This document shows positions 13,690-25,659 of a DNA stretch of 64,000 nucleotides, piece by piece. The position numbers and the translations under genes were made by a program. The notes beneath the pieces were generated by a model, which saw nothing but the letters and a program-made list of their open reading frames with translations, had not been told where the DNA came from and did not search any database. Position 1 is the stretch's first letter; every line of letters starts with the position of its first letter. This stretch comes from Cenococcum geophilum (lineage: Eukaryota). The stretch lies in the NCBI GenBank assembly GCA_050273025.1, contig CP158635.1, positions 8,804,001 to 8,868,000 of the forward strand, read 5' to 3'.

Positions 13690-16600
13690 TTTATTTTCCC
13701 ACCTACTTTCTTTTCCGTTTACCCCTTAGTGTAAAGTAATTATTATATATCTCCTTTGCGTCCTTATTAATGTCCTCTATAGGAACCTATTAGTTATATT
13801 CTTCTAGCTATCCTTTCTACTTAACTAGGTACTATAGGGCCTGGTTACATCCCTTCCTTCTATATACTTTTTCTACCTTATATCGGTCCTTTTAGTTTGC
13901 TTAATTATCTAGCTTAATAGGCCCTAGTAGAGGGTCTTTAGTAGTGCCCTTATATTATTTATATGGCTTTAGCAAGCTAATATAGAACACTAGGTAGATA
14001 CGGTAAGACATAGGTAGATATAGTTAGTATACTTACTTTCTAACTAGTTTGGCTATACTAAAAGGTCCAATAAAGCGTGCTATAAGTTTCTTACTTAGCC
14101 TTTTTAGTTTAAGGTTCTTAGTTAATAGTAAGACTAAATCCCCTACTTTATATACCTATAGTTAGTAATAACGATTATAGTATTTCGCCTACGCCTCGGC
14201 GGCGTATTCCTAGCGCTTCGCCAGCGCCCCTACGCCTAGGGGTCGCCTTAATAGCGTGTTTACGGGGTTCGTTTTTCCCGCCCTATGCTTAATAATAAAG
14301 TTATAGGCAGCCAGGGTTATAGCCCATCTGGCTTACCGTCTATTAAGGCTTTTTACTTTTATATAACCCTTTAGATTATTATAATCTAAGAGCACTTCTA
14401 GGCGGCTTAATAGCCCCTTAATGTAGTATCTCTAATGCTTAAAAGCCTTCATAATAGCTAGTAGCTCTTAATTATAGGTTTTATAGTTGCGCTTTACTAG
14501 CAAAAGCTTCCTAGACTAAAAGGCTATTGGATGCTAAAGGCCGTCTTTAAACAGCTATAATATAATTGCTACTAGGCCTTATATTAAGGCATCCGTCTTT
14601 AACCAAGTTAGTAGGCCTAGTATATAGTGTTGTAGGAGCGGCGCCGTCATAAAGGCGTCGTAGAGCCGGCGTATTGCCTACTCCGCCTCCTCTGGCCAAT
14701 TAAAAGGCCTAGCTTTACGGCCGTTCTTTACTCCTTTTAGGAGATCAGTAATAGGCTTCGCAATAGTAGAGTATTTATAAATAAACTAATAATAGAAGTT
14801 AGCAAAACCTAAAAAGACCTGGATATCCCTATAGGATTAAGGGCTCTCCTATTTAGTAATGGCTTCTACCCAGCTAGGATCTATTGCTATGCCTTTAGGG
14901 CTAATAATATATCTTAGGAACTTAATCTCCTATACGCCAAACTTGCACTTCTTAAGGTTTGCATATAGTTGGTATTGTTATAACCTACGCAGTACTTCTA
15001 CTACGTGGCGCTAATGTTCCTCTGGATTTTTAGAGAAAATTAGAATATTATTAAGGTAGACTATATAGAAGACGTCTACTAGTCCTAACAAGGCCCAATT
15101 AATATAGCCCTAAAAGGTCGCTAGTCTGTTAGTTAGCCTAAAAGGCAAAACTAAGTACTTAAAGTGGCCGTAGCGCGTGCGGAACACCGTCTTCTACTTA
15201 TTGCCACGATGGATACGAAGGTAGTGATACGCATACGTTAGGTCTAGCTTAGTAAAGATCCTAGAACCTACTAAGCGGTCTAAGGTCTTACTAATTAATA
15301 GTAGTGTCGTGGTGTAGATTGGACGTCGCCTACTGCCTTGGCATTTCCTGTATATATTGAGCCTTCGGCTTCTCTCCTTCTCTCTATTATCATCACGACC
15401 TACCGGAATACATTCTTTCCTTTCTTCTTACTGACTGCTTTCCTACTGATTGATTACGACTGACGACCGACTGACCGACAGACCGACCGACAGACAGACA
15501 GCATTGTGACTTCCTATCTGAGAGGTACCGCGTCCACCACCACAGTAGTACGAGACAATTCTTAATCGTTACCTTGTTAAGGCCTCTATAGTCTATATAG
15601 AGCTATAACTTCTTATCCTTTTTAGGTATAAAGAGGATAGGTGCCCCTGCGGGACTAGTACTTAGTTAGATCTAGCCTTTAGCTAAGGCGTTGTTTAAGT
15701 ACTCTCTTAGGACTTCTAGCTCCTTAGCTAAGAGGTTATAAAGCGGCCTATATAGGGCCTCCTGTCCCTCTTCTAGGTCAATAGCATAGTCGCCCTAGTA
15801 GTGTTGGGGTAGCTTTCCTACTTCCTTATAGGAGAAGATATTACTAACTTCCTTTAACTATGGGGGGAGGACTAGTAAGCTGCCGTTATCTTACTTACTA
15901 GGTATTACTCTAGAAGTTAATAGGGTAAAGACCCTAGATTCTATCTAGAGAGACTCCGCGAAACCCTTAGGGGTTTATAGCAATAGGGACGAGCCGTCCA
16001 GCTTCTATTGCTACGCCTTTGCCTCGCAGTTAATAAGAAGTCGGGCCTTCTTTAACCCCGGTATACCTAAGGTAATAGTAGGGAATATATTAGCCATTCT
16101 ATAGCAGATAAGGGTTACTTCCCTAATCTTGCCCCAGCTGTTCTTTATTCTTAGTAGTACCTTATAGGCCTTATAGCAATATGCCTAAGTCTTATTTAAC
16201 TAGGAGTAGGTAGGTAGCTTTACATCTAGCGTCTTAAAGTTACACTCTATAGCAAATCGCTAGTTAACTATATTTACTTTAGCACTAATATTAAGCATTA
16301 CTAAGGTCTCCTTCTAGGTCTTCTTTAGGAGGACTTTACCTAAAATAGTAATAGCTTTCTTACGATCTAGTGGGAGCTTATACCCTATAGCTGTAAGGGG
16401 GTCCAAGGGCGCTTATCTTTTCCCAGTGTAGAGGTAGCGTTTACGCTACTAGGTGGTAGTTAATTCCGTTACTACTCTTTACATTATCGCTACCAATATC
16501 TTAGCTGCCTACATTTTAAGCAGTTTCCTTTAGGCTAAGTTAAGCCCCTAGCGGTATTGCTTTGCCCCACTATTAAGTCGCTAGCGGTGGTTTTAAAGTC

Positions 16601-17569
16601 TGCTTTCCCTAAGTTACCCAACTAGGTGGTCTTTATATTTAGGTTCGCGGCGCGCCTATTACTTCTACCCTATAGGGCGCTTGCGCTCTTCTGGTTTTCC
16701 TCTAATAGGGCAGCTAGGAAAACTAGCTGGTCTTAAGATTAAGGAAATTCTTAATAGTTAGTAATAGCACCTATAGCTCTGGCCGCAGCTTCACGAACAG
16801 ATATATTATTAGATACTTTATATTATAAGGAGGATTAATTTTACGCTTCTAAGGAGGTCAGGTAAGTAGTAAACTCGTTTACTGGTTAATTGGTTCACTA
16901 TATTGCCTTCGCGTAGGTTAGGGCTATATAGAGTTCTTAATTAATAGGACTTTTGATTTAGTTAAGTAGGAATTCCATAAGCTCCTCCTAGGTAAACTAT
17001 GTGTCTAGATAGTTATCTTTATACTATAACCAAAGGGTTTAGTTAGTCCCCTTTATATATTATATAGTAAATACAACTTTAGTATCCTTATCTATAAAGC
17101 TATTACGCTCTAGGCGGAATGCTAGCTTTAAGCTATTACGGAAGTCTTAGTGCTCTTATATAGACTTGCCATAATATGGAGCAATCTTCTCTATCTTAAC
17201 GGCCCGTTTTAATAGAGCGCCTAATATATTAGTAGCCCTCCGCTTAAGACTTAAATGCATTAGGCTACTCCCTAAGTACTCTAATAGGATTATTTAAGGT
17301 TGTAAAGATGGGTTAGGAACGGGAGTCGACGTTACCTCGCCGCGTTAACGCCGTCTTAGCACTTCCACCTCCTCCCTAAGCAAGTATAGTTTTCTTTACT
17401 TTAGGAGTTGTAGCTTCTCGTTCTCTAGCCATTATATTTCTTCTTATATATTCCTTTTACCTATAGCTTCCGGTTCTGTCCGGGACGACATAGGTTCGCC
17501 TATATTATCCTAGGGCTAATCCCCAGTCTTAGTAGTACACACTGCGCTAGTACGCCCGCGTCTCGCCAT
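13690..17569 (-). pseudogene. Element C gag-pol (gag, knuckle, PR, RT, RH, truncated IN, chromodomain)
   Basis: ATG 17569; knuckle CLKCGQPGHWQRQC at ~16480-16525; VMLDTGAEVN at ~16270; LPFGLTNGPATFQ; VYLDDILI at ~15050; NYETHDQELLAI; GKTNPADAPSRRP joined to AQAKYYN..FIGPF..IHPVFHVSLLEPY; chromodomain YEVEKV..YLVKWKGWPEEYNQW. Confidence 0.92.
15305..15544. mobile_element. Solo LTR of a fourth family, not RIPped, inserted in the RT of element C
   Basis: Termini tgtcgtggtg...caccaccaca; 4-bp TSD gtag (15301-15304, 15545-15548) whose removal restores the RT frame (..ALPLI..); abundant CA/TG; TATA-like gtatatat and (gacc/gaca)n run. Confidence 0.85.
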
Positions 17570-17700
17570 TAGGTCAATAGGCTATAATGTAGTTAATAAA
17601 TATAGGTCGTCTTCTTAACAGAGGGTTGCTGCTATATAGTCGTAGCCTTCGCAGACCGTTGTTGGGCCACTACCCCTAAAAAGGGATAAGAATTTAGTAC

Positions 17701-17903
17701 TATTAGGACGCCAAGGTCCTTAGGGCATATAGTAACGTAATAATAGTAATGGGATGCAAAGAGTATCTGGTTCTTAATAAAGTAGAACTATAGAACTGAA
17801 TTCTGCTATTCTCTAGTACGGGGCGACTACATTTTGTAGGCGCCTTGCCTACGCCTTGCCTGCGCTAAGCTGGTTACGGCTAGTGCGTCTCTATAGCCTA
17901 ATA
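17701..17903 (-). repeat. 5' LTR of element C
   Basis: Direct repeat of 12361-12563; TSD ttaag follows. Confidence 0.95.
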
Positions 17904-18004
17904 TTAAGACAGTTTACTATTTAGCTGCGTAGTAGTAGATTAAATATAAAACCCTAAGATAAATTAATTAAGAAACTAGATGACTATTAAAAGTAATAAA
18001 TCGC

Positions 18005-18237
18005 GTATATTTAGTATTAGAGACGGAGTAAATATTATAGAATAAATAAATATTCGCTTTAGTGCACTCTAAGTAAAAGGACGGTTATTAAGGAAATGGA
18101 CTCACTAACGTAATATAGACTAGCCCCTCTTTTGCACAATAGGAATATAAAGACGGCATAATCTTACTAAGAGATAATATTGCAGCAATAGTATAAGCAT
18201 AACGTTGCGCTTACGAAGAAGAAGGAGCTTTAGGTAT
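18005..18237 (-). pseudogene. Exon 1 of the antisense Zn-cluster-like gene of B1 (exon 2 is split by element C)
   Basis: De-RIPped MPKAP...MPSSCSYCAKEGLVC..RQPSSCSECTKANIRSSCDV; the same frame is seen in B3 at 42545-42778. Confidence 0.7.
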
Positions 18238-18238
18238 A

Positions 18239-18452
18239 CAGAGGTGCGTTTTAAAAGTCTTCGCCGCCCCTTATTAGGCGGTCTTATAGGCGGTAGCTGC
18301 CTTAAGGTCGGTAGGGCAACGGGCTAGAAGCCGCCCAATGGCGCCTAAGGTCCCCCAGAACCGGCTTAAAATGCGCCCAATTTTCGGCTATATGCGGGCT
18401 CTTTAGGCTCAACCTAGGCAGGGCCGGCAAAGACTTTTGAAACGCACCTCCG
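18239..18452. mobile_element. 214-bp MITE (Tc1/mariner-type, TA TSD)
   Basis: TIRs cagaggtgcgttttaaaagtctt / aagacttttgaaacgcacctccg; flanked by TA; the empty site is seen in B3 (ggtata|ataagt, ~42779). Confidence 0.92.
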
Positions 18453-18561
18453 TAATAAGTAACAATATTAACTAAATTAATTAGACGGATATTATACCTC
18501 TAATAAATAACTTAGAGATATTTTAAATCTTTAAGGACAAAGATAAAAAGGAGGAAAATAG

Positions 18562-18735
18562 TATTACGGACGCTTTAAGTACAATATTATAACTACTTAA
18601 AGAGGAGTCGGAAGAAGCTAGTTAGTTAATTTAGGCATAGTCCAAAATGGAGTTAATAGAGCTATATAACAAAGAATAGTAACTAAAGTTATATAATGTT
18701 ATACGTAGTATACGCAGCATATAAAGGGAATATAT
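18562..18735 (+). repeat. B1 3' LTR, piece 1
   Basis: Follows the PPT aaaaaggaggaaaatag; matches the first part of the 5' LTR. Confidence 0.92.
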
Positions 18736-20875
18736 TTTTTTTATTTTTTATTTTTTATATCCATTGTATTATACTACGTACAATACTGCGCATGCAGCCT
18801 TAGGCTATGGCGCTATAGTTCTATATACATAAATCCTTTCTAGGCAGCTTAATATGTACTAGTAGCTATGTCCTAGTAGTTTATAAACCCCTAAATTAGG
18901 AGTTTATAGTTTCCTAGTAAAATACTAAGATACTACAACTACTAGGGAATGAGAAAATGGTAAGAAAAACTGTAAGAAATCCTAACCCCTATCCCTGTCC
19001 TTTTGCAATTTATTTCTGTCCTTTTGCTCTCTAATATCTTTTTAAGAGCCTAGTAGGAGTTGCCTCCTTCTAGAATCCTATCTGTTTTTATTCTTCTATA
19101 GAATCTTCTTCGCGTACTAGTTTAGCAGCTTTAAGAGTCTTGCAGTCTTTACTATTAGCAAAGTGTTTTTCTTTACAATTAATGCAAAGGGGGGTGGTAT
19201 GCTGGCAAGGCTTGCCTGTTGTTATATAGGTAGAATAGGAATGGTCTTTAGATAAATGTGCAGCCGCACAGTATCTGCAGGCCCTAGTAGAGTACCTGTC
19301 TCCTATATGGCCAAATTTTTGGCAGCTCGTACACTGCGTAGTAGGAGAGACTTTGAGGTATTTTACTACCTTAGTAGCTGTACCTGCAATTGATATCTCT
19401 TTTTGCTTAAGGATTTCTTGTCTTTTTTCTTCGCTCTCTATAGTAAAAACTATAGAGCCAAATCTGGTCTATAGATTGTGTCTTTTTATACTAGATGAGA
19501 TCTATTTAGGTAGTCCTTGTATCCTTATAGGATTAAAGGTCTTAATTTCTTCTTTTAGAAGCTTAGAGCCTCCTTCTCCTAGGAAAGGTAGGGTAGGAAC
19601 CCTATGGGCTATAATTTGAACCTATGGTTCCAGTTTTTGTTCTCTTTAAAAGGTAAAGCAGTTATGCCAGATTTCCTTATATTTAACTAGGAAATCCGTA
19701 TTATACTCTTCCGTAGTCATAAGGAGAATATTTTGTTTTCCTTTAGTTCTAGCTATAGACGCTAGTACTGGCTTTTTTACTTGCAGTTTTGATGCAAATA
19801 GTTGGTTGACTTTGTTCTGTATAGAGAAGGTATCTAAAGGTTGGTCCTTTTCGTCTGTAATTAGGACTAGCTTTCTTTCTTATAGCTGCTTTTTCCTACT
19901 TCTAGTAGAAGTAAAACTCCTACTAGAAGGGGTAGAAGGTGGTGGTGGTAATAATGATGAGGAGGAGGGTGGGGAGGATGAAGAAGTGAGGCCTTTCTTT
20001 AGCCTCTCTGCGTAAGTTTCTTTTGTAGGAGCTACCTTCTTACGGAGAGCTCTTACTTCTTCTACTAGTCCTTGTAGGACATCTTTTGCCTTTTCTTTTC
20101 CTTGTATAAAGGGGGTTTCTCCTACTAGGATACTCCGTGTATAGTCTTCTAGCTATTTAACTTGTTCTTTTTCTTCTTTTTCTTCTTCTTCTAGCCCTTT
20201 ATAGGCCTGAGTTAGGCTTTCTAAAGCTTTTTGTAGGTGTTGTTTTGGAGAAAGGGGAGGGAAAGGTATGCTAGGCATACTATCCGTAGTAGTCGTCGAT
20301 TTTGTTATCTTTTTTATAGGTTTTTGGTTTTGGTTTTGGTTTTTATTTTCAGGAGAAGACTAAGGATGTTTTCTTTTTTCTCCTGCCCTAAATAGGCTAG
20401 AAGAAGAAGAAGAGGGGAGAGAAAAGGTGAATATATCAGACTGATGATCACTTATTTCTAAAGGAGGTTTTTTTTTTGGCCTACTAGGCTTTGGCTTCGG
20501 CATTTTATAGGGGGGTTTCCTACTATCCTTATACCCTTTCTCCTTACTAATCCTACTAGAAGATTTCTGGGGAGATTAGGCTAAGAGGTAGTAGAGAAAC
20601 TAGCCCCTATTTTATAGTTTTGGTATTAGTGGTAGTGGTAGTAGTTTTGGTGTTCCTGTCCGTGCCTCGCTTATAAGCTAGGGCCACCCTTAGAGAAATT
20701 TTTCTATTGGGAAAAGGGGGTAAAACGACCAATAAATCCACCTCTAGCTCGCTAGGCAGTAGGAATTAGGTCTTAAAAGTTAGAAAATCGATTGTTTTTG
20801 ATGGTAAGATGGGTATGCGTAAGTTTTGGAGTGTGGCGCTACCTTTTGGTAAGGTTGCATGTGTGGTGAAGGTTT
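18736..20875 (-). mobile_element. Non-autonomous LINE (Tad-like) derivative with ORF1 only
   Basis: ~14-bp TSD taaagggaatatat (18722-18735 and 20876-20889); A-rich tail on the minus strand; single gag-like ORF; no endonuclease or RT. Confidence 0.88.
19088..20503 (-). pseudogene. LINE ORF1 (Gag-like nucleic-acid-binding protein with CCHC knuckles), ~470 codons
   Basis: MPKPKPSRPKKK...TYAERLKKG...FGSIVF..ISIAG..TQCTSCQKFGH..C..CRYCAAAH..H.C..C..C.H..CINCKEKHFANSKDC; only a few RIP stops. Confidence 0.88.
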
Positions 20876-21026
20876 TAAAGGGAATATATATATAATATAT
20901 ATAACACGTACCTTATATATAAGGGAGATTTCTTAAAAGTACGGTCGTGTATTTAAGGACCCTTAGTCCCTACCTAGATAGTTCTTTCCTTATAGTAATT
21001 CTTAGAATACAATTAGAGTTAATCTA
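20876..21026 (+). repeat. B1 3' LTR, piece 2
   Basis: Matches the middle of the 5' LTR (~5770-5920). Confidence 0.92.
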
Positions 21027-21028
21027 TA

Positions 21029-21258
21029 TTAGGAAAAAATTTACTAGCATCTAATTTTACTTTTCTGCCATTTTAGCATTTTTTAGCATTTCTAGCATTT
21101 TCTAGCATTTAGCAGCTAAATGCGGCATTTATTATTAAGTACTAGCATTTAGCGCCAAATGCCGCATTTATAATTAAGTATTAGCATTTAGCTACTAAAT
21201 GCTAGAAAATGCTAAAATGGCAGAAAAGTAAAATTAGATGCTAGTAATTTTTTCCTAA
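21029..21258. repeat. Foldback palindrome at the left end of the TIR element
   Basis: ttaggaaaaaatttactagcatctaattttacttttctgccattttagcattt... pairs with ...aaatgctaaaatggcagaaaagtaaaattagatgctagtaattttttcctaa. Confidence 0.93.
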
Positions 21259-21259
21259 A

Positions 21260-21745
21260 GTTCTATATAAAGTTTAAAGTTTTACACAAAGTTCCGCACG
21301 AAGCTCTACATAAAGCTCTACACGAAGTTCTATATAAAGCTTTACACGAAGTTCTGTATAAAGCTCTATATAAAGCTCTACATAAAGCTTTGCATAAAGC
21401 TCTGCATAAAGCTCTACATAAGGCTCTGCACGAAGTTCTACATAAGGCTCTATACAAGGCTCTATACGAAGCTTTATATAAAGCTCTGCACAAAGTTCTA
21501 CATAAAGCTCTATACGAAGCTCTATATAAAGCTCTGCATAAAGTTCTATACAAAGCTCTATACGAAGTTCTATATAAAGCTCTGTACGAAGTTCTATACA
21601 AAGCTCTGCACGAAGCTCTGTATAAAGCTCTGCATAAAGCTCTATATAAAGCTTTGCACAAAGCTCTATACAAGGCTCTACACAAGGCTCTATATAAAGC
21701 TCTGCATATAAAGGCTCTGCATAAGGCTCTACGCGAAGCTCTACA
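21260..21745. repeat. 12-bp minisatellite (aaagctctgcac-type, ~40 units)
   Basis: Directly visible; source of the spurious ALHK / RALC repeat ORFs. Confidence 0.95.
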
Positions 21746-21960
21746 CGGGGTGCAGCTAAGTAGGGTTATGGAAAAGTTAAATAGGGTCACCAATAGGGGT
21801 CGGCGAAAGCTAAATAGGGTCACCAATAGAGCGCCGGGAAAAGGTCGGCGGGGTCACACTTTTACCTATACAGAACACGCATTGGTAGCCATATTTAACT
21901 TAAGTGATTACACAAACCAAAATATCTAGGGCATATACTACGCATATACAGGCATATAGG

Positions 21961-22066
21961 ACATATATATATATATATACACACATATATATATATATAT
22001 ACACACATATATATATATATATACACACATATATATATATATATACACACATATATATATATATAT
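21961..22066. repeat. (TA)n/(CA)n microsatellite, probably a (CA)n tract partly converted by RIP
   Basis: TA runs interrupted by residual cacac. Confidence 0.85.
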
Positions 22067-22089
22067 TTACGCGTGTTATAGTATATAAA

Positions 22090-25000
22090 TAATAAGTAAA
22101 AACTATACTAAGGCAAACGAGAGTATAGCAGGATAGTTAAACGGCCTACTAGTTAGTATGCACAACCATATACTACGCATATGCTAAGTATACGCAGGCA
22201 ATCTAGAGCTTACCTAATATTAAATATAAAGACGATAGTTCTTAAGATAATATAATCGGCGGAGAGGGTATTAAAGATAAGGAGGGTAAGGAGGAGGATA
22301 AGGAGGGCAAGGGTTAAGATAGTATATAATAGCGGCTTCCATTTTATATGGGTCTCTCTAAGGTAAAACTATATCCGACTTTATGCATAAGCTATATATA
22401 TGCTTAGAATAGCTAGGGAACACTCCAAGACTATAGAGCACTTGTTAGCTCTAACGGTAAGTATTAAGTTATTATCTAAGAGGTAATAGACCATATTGTA
22501 ATGCCAGAATATCCAGCAACTAGGAAAGAAGGAATTGCACACTTTATCTACAAAGCAATACCTCTGCTGTCTATAGATGTAGATAAAAAAACGGTATATA
22601 AGGTTATTAATTGGTATATATTAAAGGTAAGTAATATATATGCAAAGCATATACTATATTTATACATCTAGTAGATTTAATTCTCTTTTTATTAAACTAG
22701 TAGCCCTAGGATTACACAACTATAGCTTCTTAGTGAAAACAATTGGGAGAGTAGAAAAGCATTCCACTAAGCGTTTAAATATAGCGGTATTAGACACTAT
22801 AAGTACGCCTATAAGGATATGCTTAGTATATGCTTAGTATATAATAGGGTTAAGCTTAAATTAATTAACAACCTCCGAAAGTGTAGTAGTCGTCCATACT
22901 AGGTAGTAGAGATTAATAAAATGCTTAAGTAAAGTATAGAGAAGTAAGTATTATCTATATACGTTAGGTATATACTTATAATATACAGCTACTACTACGG
23001 TGTTCTATAATTATAGCGGTAGTATATCTACCTTAGTATATAAGAACGTGTATATAGTAAAAGCAGACTAATAATGTTTTTTTGGTATAGAGTACGTATA
23101 TATCCGGCGTATGCGCGATATATACTTATTATATATAGGTAGAGTTTATTAGTTGTTCTAGTAGCAGTGATACTAAACCATAGTATACTGCCTAGCCTTT
23201 ATTATTAATAACTGCCCAGGTAGATATTTAATACCTTCGTTTACTTATTAAATATAGAGTTTAGGAAGTTAAATAAGAATGTACCTATATTGGACATATA
23301 ACGTCAAAGCGAAAATATTGTGGTATGTAATGTATATATCGTACATGCGCTATATATATGCTGAGCCGATGTAGGATTTAACCACCTATAAGGCTAAGGT
23401 AGGATAGTGGGCCGAATATGTAGTGCATAGTTAGACTGCTATATTCCTGTTAATATGGCACGGTATCCTTATATTTGCCTTATTACACGAAATTCTTATA
23501 TATATTATCTACTACATCTAATAAAGCTACCAATCGACTTTGCTAATGATGTAGTTGAAGCAATAAAGTAGGTGGATGTCCTAAGCCTTATTATACGTAT
23601 ACTCCATATATGCATAGTATATATAAATGAAACTACTTACCATTATATAGGTCGATTTATCCTATCGCCGCAGTACTATATTTTATGTAGGAAGTATAAA
23701 ACGCAGACACTACGTGCCGTATATAGTAGTCTTAATATTAAGGATTGAATTACTACTCTAATTCGGAAGGAAAGGATGCTATAATTCCTAGAGGGGACGG
23801 TATATGCAGGTGAGTATAGGTTAGATATACGCTAAGCATATACAGAGGCTAAGCGTAGTAGGTGTACTACGCGAGTTCTCTATTAATTAATATAAAGAGA
23901 ACACCGAGTAATGGATTTGGGTAATTTATAACTTTAACGACGAGCATTTCCTTATTGTATGTTGTATATATATATAAGCTAAAGTATTTTAACGCGTAAC
24001 ATGTATTGAAATAGACCTATTATTTAAGATAGTTTAAGGTAAAATAAATTTATTCTTAATTGTAGGATAGGACGAGAATTCTAAATATATGCATACCCTA
24101 TGCTATATATATGCCATGCATAAGCTAAACACTTATAGGAATTAAGGTGTGGGTATACGCCTTTCTTAACCTAGAAACACGTGCTGCGTATATAGGGATA
24201 TTTTAGCTAGTATTTAAGGTTTTAGGTAATACTGCTCAATTATCTATATAATTTGTATATATTTACGGAACTGGACTTCGCACTGCTATAGTTGATATGT
24301 ATAAGAAATAAGCCGGTGGTAAGTATACGCTCTATATATGCTTAGTATATACTAGGCATATGCTTATAATATATAGGCTTTGGAGATTACCTATATATAA
24401 TTAACCCATTCCGTAAATGGGATGAATACCTTTAGTATATACTTGTATTCTGCCTAGTACATATTAAATAAAACTTTATAAAGCGCTTTCGAACTTATAA
24501 AGTAAGATATATTATAGAGTAGATATAGGAAGCGGAGATAGAGCAGAAACTAACAGCGCGTATATAAAGTATATGCATACTATATCCGGAGCTTACATTT
24601 TAAATAAATAACAAGAAGAAACTATAGATACTAGCCGAGCTTATAAAGGAAAAGTTAAAGGTTCCTTATAAGTGGTGGGCATATACACGGAAGCATACTG
24701 GAATTGGTAAAAGTAGTCACTTTTAAGAAAATAACTTTACTGGTTAAAAATTATGCGTGCTTACTGCCGTACTACGGTAACGGTATATGCTCTGTATATA
24801 CTCTGCATATTCTAATATTTTAGTATAGGCTTAAACTTCGTATATAAGAAATGTTTAATCTATAAGAGCTATACGAAGAGACGGGAATAGATAATATATG
24901 GAAAAATTAGAGTAACTTAAAGCGGATAGTAGTACAGCTATAGAAATAATGTATGCATATATGCCGTATATGTAAAGCATATACTAAGCTTAAGTAGCGT

Positions 25001-25480
25001 AGAAATAGCAGAAATTAGCTAAGCGGCGAGCTAGAAATCCTAGCCTAAATTTTCCTTAGAATTCTTAGAATCTATTTAATACCCCTAAGCCTACTATATC
25101 TAGTAGCCAGATTATCTCGCAGATAAGTATAGTAGATAATAATATTATATTAGTATTGGATACGTCGCGGGTATCTACCGTATATGCAGCGGAGATGCTA
25201 CTACTACTATTACGAAGTTAAACACCCCGGACTACGGGTAAGAGGCATAGGTCTTACCTATCTATAAAGGAGCTAGAAAAGGAGGCATATATACTACATA
25301 TAGAAAATATAGAGTGACGAATTAACAAATTAAAATAAGCTAAAGACGTATATAATAAAGTAAAAGAACTAGTAGAGCTTAAGAAGTGGGTATAGGAGCA
25401 TAATGTTAGTATATAGGGCGCATATATATAGTATATGTATAGAAAGTATTATATAGAGTTCTATAACGAATAAAGAATTA
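22090..25480 (+). pseudogene. Multi-exon DDE transposase, Mutator(MULE)-like
   Basis: De-RIPped YICLITRNSHTHHPP (~23470-23520), IEMDLSFK (D at 24014), TVDMCKKQAGG (D at 24294), LVFCLVH (CxxH at 24451-24462), HTGIGESSH (E at 24709, RIPped gaa>aaa); many ~50-bp GT-AG introns; ends approximate. Confidence 0.72.
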
Positions 25481-25659
25481 ATTAATATAGACCTATCGCC
25501 CCGTGCTCTATATTGGGTATATGCCTAGCCTACCTACTAAACAAACCCTAATAAAACTCCGACTGTGCATAATGTATACTATATGCTATATGCGTAGCGT
25601 GCAGGCCTAGTATATGCTAGGACTTATAGCTTAGGACTTATATAGTAAAGGCGAGTTAA

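Larger units (their letters stand above)
12361..17903 (-). mobile_element. Ty3/Gypsy chromovirus family C, nested in the 3' region of B1; integrase core deleted
   Basis: 203-bp LTRs at 12361-12563 and 17701-17903 (tgttagg...cctaaca); TSD ttaag at 12356-12360 and 17904-17908; minus-strand PPT aagaagggtggggcaat abutting 12563. Confidence 0.95.

Noticed and set aside
18840..18960. Possible ORF2 C-terminal remnant in the LINE derivative
   Set aside because: Similarity (LLG..FI..IAT) is too short and frame-inconsistent to support
19353..20015. Plus-strand ORFs 19353-19619 and 19806-20015
   Set aside because: Antisense shadows of LINE ORF1
21263..21929. 187-aa and 179-aa ORFs (RALC / ALHK repeats)
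   Set aside because: Both are by-products of a 12-bp minisatellite that is open on both strands; there is no unique domain
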